Part shown: positions 33,670 to 45,629 of the stretch, piece after piece
Layout: every line of letters starts with the position of its first letter
How positions within the stretch are numbered: the stretch's first letter is position 1
Assembly (NCBI RefSeq): GCF_000143415.4
Contig: NW_003314275.1
Span: forward strand, 2,151,419-2,215,418
Length of the DNA stretch: 64,000 nucleotides
Direction: 5' to 3'
From: Selaginella moellendorffii
Lineage: Eukaryota > Plantae > Lycopodiophyta
Made by a program: the position numbers and the translations under genes
The notes under the pieces: model-generated
The model's database searches: none
Told to the model about the DNA's origin: nothing
Seen by the model: the letters and a program-made list of their open reading frames with translations, nothing else

Positions 33670-36600
33670 TTATGATGCTATATACTAATATTAATGGCTG
33701 TACACTAGTGGGATTTTGATAGCTGTTAGATTGGTTTCAATTTGAACCACTCGCTCATATATATAAACTAAGGTTTTTGGGCTAATTAATATACACATTT
33801 TTATATTTCATTTCTATATTCCATGCATTTACATTATTGGAGGAAAGGGGTAACTTTGATTGTCCTTAAAGAGTGTTTGAATTTGGGATTTTGGTTTAAA
33901 TTTAATTTTTGTATTGTCTATATCTCACTTTTCTTATAGCTTTTTGAACTTCTTCTCTTTTGCTTTTTTCCTTTTCATTTATTTTCATGACAAAATAACA
34001 ACCTCCTCCTCCTTTAACTCTAGAGTAGCAATTGATATAGTTACTTGATGTTATGCGATTGTAGTTGAACAATCAAACTCAGTTAATAACAGCATTTAAG
34101 GCATGTAATATAACTCCTCTTGCTTTTACTACTAACCTTGTGTTCAACCAAAGTTCTTCTATAGGAATCCTAGGGATGATATGTATTATTGATTTAATCA
34201 CTTTATAATGATTACCACATATCATTTTTAAGATGATGTTTAGCATTTGCGTGAGTTTCCCATATGTTTCCAAGGGACACCACTGCAATAGTACAATAAT
34301 TTGATTGACTTATGTAGATTAGAATATTCTCCTAGACCTCTTTAAGCGTGCATTTGGATATGCCAATAATTGTGATATTAACTTTTAATAATTGCACTGT
34401 TTTTGTCAAGGGCCATTTGAGTTAATGATACAACTTAACATTCATTTTTGGAGTCTTTTGCTTCGTGTGGAGCTAAATATGTCAGAACGGATGAAGTTGG
34501 GAATATTATGGCTAGCACTTCATCAAAATCTTGTAGAACTTGTGCGTGCATATATTCTAGCCACCCTTGATGATGCCTTTCACTTAGCACAACATTATGA
34601 GATATTGCCTCTTCCAATTTTTATTAATTATCCTTTAACTTTACTTTTTGTAACTGTTCTAATGGAGGTTAATGCTACTATTATTCAAGTTCAAGGATAA
34701 GGGTGAGAACTTGGTTAAGGTTGTGGTATCCATTGCTGGGCATGTGATAAAACTAGTCACATTTATTGGTATTATTAGCGTTTTCTAGATTGGCATCCTC
34801 TATTTTATGGATGGAGAATAAGTCAATGACCCCTCCATTTTTCTTATAGGAGTATTATCAAAGGGTTCACTTAGCACTAGTTCATTCAATATTTATTTTC
34901 CAAACTTGTTTTTATAACAAGAAGTCTTTTATTATTCTCTTTGTGTTAATTGATATAAACTTGAGTTTATCTTCTATAGTTTAATATGTTACCAGATGTT
35001 GCTACCTAAATTTGCATTATATAGCAGAGCCAGTTTTTATTTTTTATAGTAATGGCCATACGCACGCATGTGCATGAGATGAGATGGACCTAGTTATGCG
35101 TGTAAGTGATCTTAAGCTTGAGCGTTAGTTATTGCAAGTGGTGTTTAGTCTAGTTTTTTATCTCATCTTTAATATAGATTGATTGTTGCACAATCATGTC
35201 AAGTTCGACTTTAAGGTTTATCCCCCTTATCTCATATATATTTCTTTCATTCCTTTCACTTTTGTTCTTTTTTGTCACTCTGCTTCTACCATTTTTGTTT
35301 TTCTGCTTCTATCATTTTTGTTTCCTTATTACTTCCTCCTATGTTTCTCTTTTGTTCTTCTATTTCCTCTTCAAATCTTTTTAATAGTTTTTGTGTTGTA
35401 ATGGTTGATTGGCTCATAAAGGAGTTATAAGCTCCTAAATTTAGACTTCCCAGGAAGTCACCCAATTTAATACTATTCAAACCTAAAGATGTTTAACCCT
35501 AAATATCCCAAAACCTTTAATTAATTAAAAAAGGAGGTGTACTCTTATTCACTCCAAAAGTCCCATAACTTTCTCAAAAGCCTTAGTCTTTTGACACTCT
35601 ACCCCTCGGGTTGAGTATAGATAGAATAAACCGAACTTACCAAATGTCAATTAATATATAGTGTGATTTTCTTAGCCTATCAATAGAGTTAGACTTGAAA
35701 CCCCCTTTGATATTAAATGTAAACTCCTAAATTTAAACTTTCCAAAATGTTACCCATTCAATCCTAAGGACATTTAACAATACAATATTGCAACACTCTT
35801 AACCAATTAGAAAAAGAGATGCATTTTTATTCATAGGCCCCTTCTATATTTGAACTTTTATAAATCGTTTCTCGAATTGTTCTCATTAGTTGTTTACACC
35901 TTACTCCAAAGTGTGTGAATGATATGCAATGCTTCTTAGGCAAAATGTAATATCTAATCATATTGCACCATTATAAGCATTATTAAAGTTATTAACGTCT
36001 TCTTTCATTTAATCCATAGGCTGTGAATGGGTGTTTATGAATTCCAAAGAGTTGTTAATAACTCTTCTAATTTTAACATATCCTAACTATACTTAACCTT
36101 TCATTTTATGCGTAGATGCTTTTGATATTAATTTTAGAGGTGTGTTGATACAAAAAATCTCAAGTGTGTCTAATCAATGCCATCTCATTGCATACATTAG
36201 TTATACATTAAAATTAGTAAAGGTGAACTACTCCACGATAGAAGAGTGTTTAGTAATAGTTTAAGGTTTTGAGAAATTTCATGCATATTTTATGGTTCTC
36301 AAATATTATTAAAAGGTGATCATGTTGCAATTGCTTCATTATTGAAGTAGAAGAACTTGATTAGTTGTATTATTTGGTGGGTTTTGAAGCTTCAGAGATA
36401 TGATTTTGAAGTTGTTTATTGCCTGGGGAGTTCTATAGCTAATGCTAATGTCTTTCCTTGAGCTCATCTTCCTTCTTCACTCTTTTTTTCATATTTCTAA
36501 TAAGCTTATTATTCTAGTATTTGTGGATTTTTTGGATGAGGATTTTGTTTCGTCAACAGTTGCTTTACTTGATGTTCAATGTCCATAAGGTGTGGAGCAA

Positions 36601-38213
36601 GATTTACCTTCTTTTGATGAGGTTAATAAAGCTCAAGAGGGTGAATTGTGGATCCAACAGCTTTGTAATAGGTTTGAGAATCTTGCATCACTTACTAATA
36701 ACTTATATTCTTAATATTGTCTTGAGGATAACCTTCTTTATTTTTGGGGATAGATCTTAATAATCATTTATAACTGATGGTGCTTTCGATCTTTATTCCA
36801 TATTTTCTCCATATTTACAATGATTCTCCTATTCAAAACAGGCATATAAGACATTATCATGTAATAAAAAAGTTGTACAATTTTTTCTATTGACTAGAGA
36901 TGCAATTTGATGTTATGCAATATATGCATAACTATATTTAGTGCCAACATGTAATACTCCTCTTTGTGCTACAAAAACACAAACTATAAAAGGATGGACT
37001 ACAATTAAATTGGTGGATGAAAAGAATTGTAGTTTCTTATCTATTCGAGTTGGTAGCATTTGACTTGATAGTATTTGATTTGATAAAGCCTTTCTTATGG
37101 TTGATTGCTGGTAATAAATATATCATTATTGTTTTTGACCATTTAGCTCATTTGATGGAAGTCGATGCTCTTGCTAGTGCATTACAACTATTGTTAGATA
37201 CTTTCTCCTCAATTGAGTGATGTTCTAGCATTTTTATCTTGAGTGAATTCTTTCAAATAATAGTCTTACATTTATGGTTGAGGCATTTCATATTTTAATA
37301 TCTCAGTTGAGGATATACCACACTTTCATAAGTGTTTATCATTCATAAATAAATGATTTGGTAGAATGATTCATTTGAATTTTCAAAGGGATGATTGCGA
37401 AGTACTTGAATTTTTAACATCTGATTGGGATGGTTATTTGCCATCTCTTTAATATATGTATGTTAGAAGGGTACAAAGTTCTATTGGTGCTTCACCATAT
37501 AAACTCCTATATAATCATGATTCAATATTATTAACGGAGTCGAGTTTATCTTTGCAATTACCACGAGTTGCTAATGTTAGGTTTTGGGATTAATATTTAA
37601 CTAGCATTCTTCCACTTGTTTGAGTAGAATCTTCTGAAAACTTATGCTATATACAAGTGGGACTACAACAATGTTACAACTCTTATCATCATTCGCTTGC
37701 GGAGTATAAAATGGATGACTTAGTGTTAATTTGTTTTCCGATTTTATAGTACGTGGTTTGTTTAAGAGGCTCCTTGCTCAGTATAAAGAACTATATTAGG
37801 TGTTGTAGCAAGTTGGATTGCAAGTTCATGTAGCATAATATTTAATAGGCCAATCCTCCAAAAAAATTGTGAATGTACAATGACAAAAATGCTTCATACA
37901 AAGGGATTAGGAACAATTAATACCACTTACAGATCCACTAGTCCCTCCTCTTGATGTTCCTCCAAATCCAAAAGGAACGTTTTGAGAAACATCAAAAGGA
38001 TGCACTAGTGGATTTGTAGGTAGTACTAGTTGACCAAGTCAATTAGAGAACCCTAATTGCCTTCCATCCTTTCAAGAAGAGCACTAACATTAGTATGGTG
38101 GGATTTTAATAGCTATTGGATTTGTTTCAGTTTAAACCACTCATGTATATAAGCTTTTGGAATAATTGATATGTATATATTTATATTTAATATCTATATT
38201 TGATGCATTTATA
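33670..38213 (+). mobile_element. heavily decayed Ty3/gypsy retrotransposon
   Basis: Short LTR-like repeats ~33700-33833 and ~38090-38213; Zn-knuckle relic CWACDKTSH (~34735); RT-thumb TPKCVNDMQCFLG (~35905); RNase H PFILCVDA..NYST..WVLKLQRYDFEVVY; integrase FDLIKP..GNKYIIIVFD..SPYKLLY (RT-RH-IN order). Confidence 0.8.
35426..35898 (-). mobile_element. degenerate Cassandra-like TRIM (reverse orientation) inside the gypsy relic
   Basis: LTR 35718-35898, truncated LTR 35426-35551 with GACTTCCCAGGAAGTCACCC (5S C-box region, reverse), interior homologous to 32891-33100. Confidence 0.7.
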
Positions 38214-39904
38214 TAATTACAAAGATAATTTTTTTTCATTTTTCTAGCCATCTAAAGCAAAGTAAACAACACAATTCATACTTATCTTTTTTAATAATTT
38301 AAAATTAAACTTTATTACTACTTGTAATTTTCTTAGTACAAGATTGTAGGTGGTGATTGTGTTAGAAAGGGCAAAACCCCATCTTCCTGACACTAACATT
38401 TCATTTATATTTGTATATGAAATTTAACTAATAAAGGGATTTTGATTTGTAATTTTGTTATATCTTTTCCTTTAGCACTAAAGGAAAGTATGTTTGTAGA
38501 ATCCTAAAAATATGTCTCTAAAATTAGTAATATAAAGGTGATGGGCAACAACTGCATAAAACACAAATTTATGCTAAAGTTGATTCAAGAAACTAATTTT
38601 AGTATTACTCATTATAAAATCTTATATCATAAATAATAATATATTGTAAAACTTTAATTTATAAAAATTAAAATATTAATATAAAGTTTAAATAATATTT
38701 ATAAGTAATAGCTATACATAAGTTTTTATACAAATAGTATTATTACTATAATGTAAGGAGAATTTACGAAAGAATTAAATCTAACATGACTTTATACATA
38801 GCTTATAATTTGCTATAATAAATGTAAATATACCATTTTTAACTTAGAAAATAAAAATAATTAATTTTTAAAATTTATGCTAAATATATTTTATTTTATT
38901 GGATATTAGCTCATTTATTATTTATAGTTTGAGAAAATCTTTTAACATATAACAATTAAGCATGAACTTTTCATAAAATAAGTCATTATATTATATAAAA
39001 TCGTTAGTTTATTTATGTTTATATGATGACTTTAAGAAATGTTTATTTGAAGGAAATAGATTTAAATTTAGATTCAAGACGATATTAATAAAAATGTAAT
39101 ATTTTTTAAAATATCTAAAATTCATATGAAAATCATTTTTATGTATGCGTAACATCTTTTTCTAGTTTGAATAATTCCAATTGTAAATCTAATATCAATC
39201 TTTATTTAGATCATTTTAGATTAAAAGTTTATGTATAGAATAATATATTTATTTAAGCATGTATTATTTTGTATTTTTATTCTTTAATTTATTTTTATTA
39301 TTTTAAATTGTATTTTAGTCATTATTTATAGAGACATATTTATTTTTGTAAGTGTAATTATTAATTTAAAAAATCCTAGAGAGCAATGTTTTTGTAAGAA
39401 TATATATAATATTGATGTTAAGGTTGAGCTTCATTGTAAGGTGAATTTCCTTAAATTGGTGGCTTTAAATAAAATTGTATAGGTATTTATTATAATTATA
39501 AGGATATTTGGTCTTTTATGTTTTATTTTTTATAAAAATAATCCAAATAAAATTGTTGTGCTTGGGAAGAAGTATATTTGTAAATTTTAAACATATAAAT
39601 GTAAATATAGAGGGTATTTTTGCTATAATTATTTTAAAGTTTATGCTTCATGAAAAGTATAAATTAAAATAATAAAAGTGCCAAATGATTAAGATATGAA
39701 ACATATGGCCTGATTTAATGAGCAATAAAATTTTATAAATAAAAATTTTGGAAAACTTATTTAGAAATAAATTAAATTCACTATAAGCCAGTGTTTATTC
39801 TTCCATTAATACATTGACATTAGTTAACTATACTATTTCATAAGTTTATATATTTTTAATCTAAATTTATATTTATTAACAAATGTTTAAGTTGCAAAAA
39901 GTAT

Positions 39905-41827
39905 TTAAGCACAACTGGAGTTCTCTGCATAGATGTTAGACAAGAGCGTGTAGGGAGTATCAAGAGCTTGGCGATGGAGGAGCACAAACTTGGAGGCCCT
40001 CTCAGCTCTAGCACGGTCACTATGCGTCTTACATGCGCTCAGCAAGATCGTCCAGGACACAAGATCAGGAAGAAACGGCATGCCAAGTATGAGCTCCTCG
40101 GCCTCCTGGAGCCTCCCGGCCCGCCCCAGCGCGTCCAGCACGCAATGGTAGTGCTCCACCACTGGGACGATGGCGTGATCCTGGATCATCGCTCGAAACT
40201 GGCGCACCCCCTGCGCCATCTTCCCGACGTGGCTGGCCGACGTGAGGATCGAAACCATCGTCACCGCGTCCGCCTCCATGCCCTCCAGCTCCATCACCCG
40301 GAACAGCTCCAGCGACTCCTTGTAGCGAGCGGTGCGAGCATACGCCGCGATCATCCCGTTCCACGACACCGTGTCGCGCACTGGCATGGCATCGAACAGC
40401 TCCTTGCCTCGATCCACAAGCCCGTGCTGGCAGAAGATCGCGATCATGGCGTTCCAAGGCAGTACCAAGCTCTTGTGATGAACCGGCATCGTCTCAAAGA
40501 GCTCCACTGCCGCCGAGAGCTGCCGGTTGTGCGCGTAGGCCAGGATCATCGCTGTCCAGGTGACCGCATCCCTGTCCGCCACCCCGTCGAAGATCATCTT
40601 GGCTCGATCCAGCTCGCCGTGCTGCGCGAACGCCGTCAGCATCGCGGTCTTGGCAACCGACGTTGGCTCCGGCATCCTCTCGAACAGAAGCTTGGCCGAC
40701 TCGAGCTCCCCGGCCTGAGCATACGCCTGGATCATGGTCGTCCACGAGATCCTGTCACTCTCCGGCATCGCCTCGAAAAGCCCACGAGCCTGGCTCAAGC
40801 ACCCGGCCTCGGCATTCGCAGAAACCATCGCGTTCCACGACACCACGTCCCTCCCCGACATCAGACCGAAGAGCTCCCTGGCTTGATCCAGCTGCCCGTT
40901 GCTGGAGAAGGCTGCGATCACTGCGTTCCACGACACCACGTCCGGCTCTGGGATTCGGTCGAAGAGCTCTTTGGCCTGGACCACCCTCTTGCTCACTGCG
41001 TATGCCTGGATCATCGAGTTGAAGCACACCACGTCCCACTCAGGCACCCGGTCGAAGACGCTGGCCGCGCTGTGGAGGTCGCCGTGCTGCGAGTAGGCTC
41101 CCAGCATCGCTGTGCACGACACCACCGTCCGGCTCAGCATGCTGTGAAAGACGAGCCTCGACTTGTGGAGATGCCCGAGCTGGGCATACGCCTGGATCAT
41201 CGCAGTGCACGATATCAGCTCGTGCCGGGACATCTTCTCAAACGTTGCTCTTGCCTCGGCGGGACGGTCGGCTTGAGAGTACGCTGTGACGATCGCGGAC
41301 CACGAGACGAAGTTGAGCTCGGGCATGGCGTCGAACATCCGCTTCGACTCGTCGAGATGCCCGGCTTGGGCATAGGTGGCCATCATCGCTGTCCAGGAAA
41401 CCACGTCCCGTTGAGGCATCCGGTCGAACAGGAGCTTCGCCGGATCGAGCTCCCCGAGCTGGGCATAGCCTTGGACGATGGAAGACCAGGAGACTATGTC
41501 ACGCTGTCCCATTCTCTCGAACAAGCACCTGGCGGTGGCGAAGTTCCCGTTCTGGGCATAGGCCGAGATGATGATGTTCCACGAGTAGACGTTGGGCTGA
41601 AAGATTGAGTCGAAGACCGAGCGAGCAGCGTCGAGGCTGTGGCATTTGCCATACATCTGGACGAGCAGGTTGGCGAGATATCTGTTGCTCCTGTGTGGGC
41701 TCTGCCGGATGCTCGAGTGGAGATGGCTGCCGAGGAGTAAGTCCCTGGCATTCCCACACGACTTGAGGAGCTCGGCAAAGTCGGAGACGGTGGCGTTGCT
41801 GAGGTTTCCATGGAGCCAGACTCTCAT
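39905..41827 (-). CDS. PLS-class pentatricopeptide repeat protein, E subgroup (no DYW)
   Basis: 640 aa intronless; serial ~31-aa 'LFDRMPQRDVVSWTAM' motifs, HYHCVLDALGRAG, E motif ending PYTLLSNIYA. Confidence 0.92.
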   Translation of the reverse strand: MRVWLHGNLSNATVSDFAELLKSCGNARDLLLGSHLHSSIRQSPHRSNRYLANLLVQMYGKCHSLDAARSVFDSIFQPNVYSWNIIISAYAQNGNFATARCLFERMGQRDIVSWSSIVQGYAQLGELDPAKLLFDRMPQRDVVSWTAMMATYAQAGHLDESKRMFDAMPELNFVSWSAIVTAYSQADRPAEARATFEKMSRHELISCTAMIQAYAQLGHLHKSRLVFHSMLSRTVVSCTAMLGAYSQHGDLHSAASVFDRVPEWDVVCFNSMIQAYAVSKRVVQAKELFDRIPEPDVVSWNAVIAAFSSNGQLDQARELFGLMSGRDVVSWNAMVSANAEAGCLSQARGLFEAMPESDRISWTTMIQAYAQAGELESAKLLFERMPEPTSVAKTAMLTAFAQHGELDRAKMIFDGVADRDAVTWTAMILAYAHNRQLSAAVELFETMPVHHKSLVLPWNAMIAIFCQHGLVDRGKELFDAMPVRDTVSWNGMIAAYARTARYKESLELFRVMELEGMEADAVTMVSILTSASHVGKMAQGVRQFRAMIQDHAIVPVVEHYHCVLDALGRAGRLQEAEELILGMPFLPDLVSWTILLSACKTHSDRARAERASKFVLLHRQALDTPYTLLSNIYAENSSCA

Positions 41828-42176
41828 GCCACTTTGATCCTCCCTCGTCTAGACATATTTGATCCTAGGTGTAGAAACTGCAAGTAGAGGTTGTTACTAA
41901 GGCGCTAGAAACATCAAACTAGCCTTTGGTTTCTCGAGAAGAAGCTGGAGACAATGATACCTTCAAGCTCGGAGATGGGCGATGTTGGATCAAGACACTA
42001 GCAAAGCAAAAGATTTCGTCACAAGATCAAAACAAAAACTAAAACAAAATCTCACCTTGAATCACTACAAACGTTCTCAAGAGGAGCTAAAGTTCCCTGG
42101 AAGTGAAACAAGAGAATGGTCATGACAAGAGAGAGCGAGAGCCACAAAACTTACCGAGAAGAAGAAGAACTTGGCT

Positions 42177-43127
42177 TCAAGCTCGAGGATCCATTCCATG
42201 CTGCCACACGTAGACAGTCTCGTCCCAGGCGGTGCTCGCCAGCAATCCCTCGACGTGAGGACTCATGTCGATCCCAATCGCAAACTCGGTGTGATGGTCA
42301 TACCGCGCGAGCAGCGCGTCCTCTGGAGCCATGTAGTCCCACATACACACCGTCATATCGTAAGAGCACGAAGTTATGACGCTGGCGTGGTGTGGCGAGA
42401 ACTTGACCCTCCTCACAGCGTAGCCGTGCCCCTGGAGAGAGCTCATCTCCCTCCGGGGATTCCTCACGTCCCAAACTTTGATCGTCTTGTCCACCGATCC
42501 AGAGACGAGCACGCACTCGTTATACTTGCTCCAGTCGCACGCCAAGATCTCGAGCTGGTGCCCCGGGATGACGAGCGATGCGTGAGGATCTCTCACGTCC
42601 CACACCCGGAGCGTGCAATCCCCGGAGGCCGTCAAGAACACATCGGCGTGGCGCGGGTTCCACACCGCCGTGTAGACGCAGTACGAGTGCTCCGCGAACG
42701 TCCGGAGCGATCGCGGCGCGTCGATCGCCCACAGCTTGGCGGTGTCGTCCCAGGCGGAGCTGAGGAAGCAGTCCTTGCGGACGAGATTCCAGTCGACCGA
42801 GTTAACCTCGTGGCCGTGCTCCTCGAAGCTGCGGATGGGATTGGCGTGGCGGGGGAGGGCCGTGTCCCAGACCTTGACGCTGCCGTCGGCGCTGGCGGAG
42901 ACGAGGATGTGCTCGTTGTCCTCGGCCCAGGTGCAATCGTAGAGGCCGTCGGCGGTGTCGAAGCTGCACAGCTCCGCGATGCCGCCCGAGGGATGGAGCT
43001 GGAGAACGTACTGGCGGCCGTTGCCGATGATCCCGAAATTCTGCGACGTCGCCACCGCCAGGAGCGTCTCGGAGAAGGGACTGAATTCCACCGAGTAGCC
43101 ATTGAAGGCCGCCTTGAACGCCGGCAT
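42177..43127 (-). CDS. PEX7: peroxisomal PTS2 receptor peroxin-7 (WD40)
   Basis: MPAFKAAFNGYSVEFSPFSETLLAVATSQNFGIIGNG, WD40 repeats, YDHHTEFAIGIDMS, ending WQHGMDPRA. Confidence 0.95.
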   Translation of the reverse strand: MPAFKAAFNGYSVEFSPFSETLLAVATSQNFGIIGNGRQYVLQLHPSGGIAELCSFDTADGLYDCTWAEDNEHILVSASADGSVKVWDTALPRHANPIRSFEEHGHEVNSVDWNLVRKDCFLSSAWDDTAKLWAIDAPRSLRTFAEHSYCVYTAVWNPRHADVFLTASGDCTLRVWDVRDPHASLVIPGHQLEILACDWSKYNECVLVSGSVDKTIKVWDVRNPRREMSSLQGHGYAVRRVKFSPHHASVITSCSYDMTVCMWDYMAPEDALLARYDHHTEFAIGIDMSPHVEGLLASTAWDETVYVWQHGMDPRA

Positions 43128-43470
43128 TCCCTGGCGCTAGAGCGAGCTACCTTGTGCCAAGAACCCTAAATTTCTTCAATGGGCAATCCGCCAAATCTTC
43201 CACGAATTGCTTGAACCTGGATTGATGATCGTGTTTGACTTTGCTGCAATTGACTATACCAAGCGATCGTGCTCTAGAATTCAGAAAGCAAGATCTCTAT
43301 TCATGACCATACCCAGCGATAGTGCTCTAGAATTTCAGCAAGAACGAGCAAGAAAGAGCCCTAAATTTCTTTCGAATTGAGCGATCGTTCTAGCAAGAAC
43401 GAGCAAGATTTCTATCATCGATCGTCGTGCAAATGAGAAGAGCCCTAGTGAATAGCATTTCTCCTATTTT

Positions 43471-45537
43471 ATGATTCAGAGAGCCCTGATCAAGAGCAAG
43501 AGCGTCGACGATCTCGCGCAACTCATCCGCGCCGCCGGCGACGCCAGGGATCTTCCCCGAGCCGCACAGCTCCACGCCTCGATCTTCACCAACAGCAACA
43601 CTCGGAGAAGCGATGACCATCGCTTCCTCGCGAATCTCTTGGTCCAGACCTATGGCAAATGCGGCAGCACCGCAGCCGCGCGCCAGATCTTCAACGCCAC
43701 TGCCCAGCGCAACGCATACTCCTGGAACAACATCGTTACCGCATATGCCCAAGACGGGCATCTGGAGGAATCGAGCCGGATCTACGCCAAAATGCCCAAG
43801 AACAGCCCCATTGCGTGCTCGGCGATGGTCACGGCATTCGCGAAGCACGGCGATTTCCACCGCGCCAAGGCCCTGTTCGATGGAGCGCCCGTGCGAGATC
43901 TCGCGATGTGGAACTCCATGCTCTCGGGATTTGCCGAGAGCGGCGATCTCGCTGGCGGCGAGGCTACGATTGAGAGAATGCCGGAGACGAGCGTGATCTC
44001 CTGGACAGCCCTGCTCCACCTCCTTTGCCGCCTCGATCGCCTGGAGCTCGCCAAGGATATCTTCGATCGGATGCCCGGCCGCAACGAGCTCGCCTGGACG
44101 ATCATCTTCCAGGCCTGCGCCGTGAGATCACTTCTCCTCGATGCTAGAGCTGTGCTCGATCGAATGCCCGCGCAGAGCCTCTCGTCGTGGACGGAATTGA
44201 TGTCGCTCTACGCGGATCACGGCCAGATCGAGCAGGCCAAGGCCGTGTTCTTCGATTCCATGCCCGATCAAGACGTCGTCTCGTGGACAACGATGATCCG
44301 GGCGCTAGCGGCGCATGGAGGCTTCGCTGAGGCGGAGGAGATCTTTGCCAGGATGCCGCAGCACGACGCCATCGCATGGACCGCGATTATAGCTGCAAAT
44401 GCCGAGAAGGGGGATCTGGAGAGATCGCAAAGGCTGTTCCATCTGATGCCGGAGAGGACGATTGTCACCTGGAACATCCTCCTCCACGCGCAGTCCAGAA
44501 TCGGGGATCCAGACTCTGCGCAGCTCGTGTTCGATCGAATGCCGCAGCGCGATCCAGTGTCGTGGAACATCCTTGTCGCGGGCAGTGCCGCGCGGGGGCG
44601 CATCGATCGCGCGAGCGAGATTCTCGAGCGCGATGCGCCAGAGCGAAGCGTGACGCTCCTCAACACGATGATCACTGCGCTGGCAGAGCAAGGCCGGCCC
44701 GACGCCGCGAAGAAGCTCTTCGACTCCATGGCGGCCAAGAACATCGTGTCCTGGACGGCGATCATCGCCTCAGGCGCACTCAATGATCGCCTCGAGATTT
44801 CCAAGCTCGCCTTCCAGAAGATGCCGCAGACGAACCTCGTCGCGAGGGTCGCGATGCTCTCGGCCTATTCCCTCCGCGGCGCCATAGCCGACGCTAAGAA
44901 ATCCTTCGACGCGCTAGGCAGCTGGAATGCCATAGCCTGGAATTCGCTGCTCGCCGCGTATTCCCAGCACGATCGCCTCGACAAGGCCGAGAGCTTGTTC
45001 CAGAGGATGCCGAACTGGGATTCTTTCGCCTGGACGACGATGATGACCGCCTATTCCCGTGCCGGGCTGCTCGATCTGGCACTGGGAGTCTTCGATTCCA
45101 TGCCGGATCGCGATATTATCACCTGGAACGCAGCGATCGCTGCGTTTGGCCAGAACGGGCACCCGATCACCTCGATCCGCCTCTTCCAGCTCCTCATCCT
45201 CGACGGCGCCGAGCCAAACGACGCCTCCTTCCTGAGCGCGCTCACGGCGTGCAGCCATGGGGGCCTCGTCGCCCTAGGCCATTCCATCTTCCTCTCCATC
45301 GCGGCGGATCACGGCGCCGTGCCGAGCCGGCAGCACTACAGCTGCGTGATCGATCTCCTGGGCCGCGCTGGAAAGCTTGGCAGCGCGCAAGACCTCGTCA
45401 AGAACATGCCATTCCTCCCAAACTCCATCGCCTGGGGATCCATCCTGGGCGCGCTCAAGCTCCATTGCCGCCAAGACCAAAGGCGGGAAATTTTGCCCAA
45501 TTTAAATGAGAGAACCATACAAATGTTTCAATCTTAG
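43471..45537 (+). CDS. PLS-class PPR protein with truncated E domain
   Basis: 688 aa intronless; short PPR motifs, HYSCVIDLLGRAG, WGSILGALKLH, then a non-conserved tail. Confidence 0.9.
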   Translation: MIQRALIKSKSVDDLAQLIRAAGDARDLPRAAQLHASIFTNSNTRRSDDHRFLANLLVQTYGKCGSTAAARQIFNATAQRNAYSWNNIVTAYAQDGHLEESSRIYAKMPKNSPIACSAMVTAFAKHGDFHRAKALFDGAPVRDLAMWNSMLSGFAESGDLAGGEATIERMPETSVISWTALLHLLCRLDRLELAKDIFDRMPGRNELAWTIIFQACAVRSLLLDARAVLDRMPAQSLSSWTELMSLYADHGQIEQAKAVFFDSMPDQDVVSWTTMIRALAAHGGFAEAEEIFARMPQHDAIAWTAIIAANAEKGDLERSQRLFHLMPERTIVTWNILLHAQSRIGDPDSAQLVFDRMPQRDPVSWNILVAGSAARGRIDRASEILERDAPERSVTLLNTMITALAEQGRPDAAKKLFDSMAAKNIVSWTAIIASGALNDRLEISKLAFQKMPQTNLVARVAMLSAYSLRGAIADAKKSFDALGSWNAIAWNSLLAAYSQHDRLDKAESLFQRMPNWDSFAWTTMMTAYSRAGLLDLALGVFDSMPDRDIITWNAAIAAFGQNGHPITSIRLFQLLILDGAEPNDASFLSALTACSHGGLVALGHSIFLSIAADHGAVPSRQHYSCVIDLLGRAGKLGSAQDLVKNMPFLPNSIAWGSILGALKLHCRQDQRREILPNLNERTIQMFQS

Positions 45538-45629
45538 AAATTTTTGGAAGCTCTTGCGAATCGATCTGTGGAGTGTTCCGAAGTGTATAAACAATGTTAT
45601 GTTAGAAGGAAGAACGCATTGTCTCGCGT

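Noticed and set aside
38220-39900. Extremely AT-rich tract
   Set aside because: Probably decayed TE, but no termini or protein motifs could be supported
39968-41608. 546-aa antisense ORF, and the 332-aa ORF at 42171-43169
   Set aside because: Antisense shadows of the GC3-rich PPR and PEX7 genes
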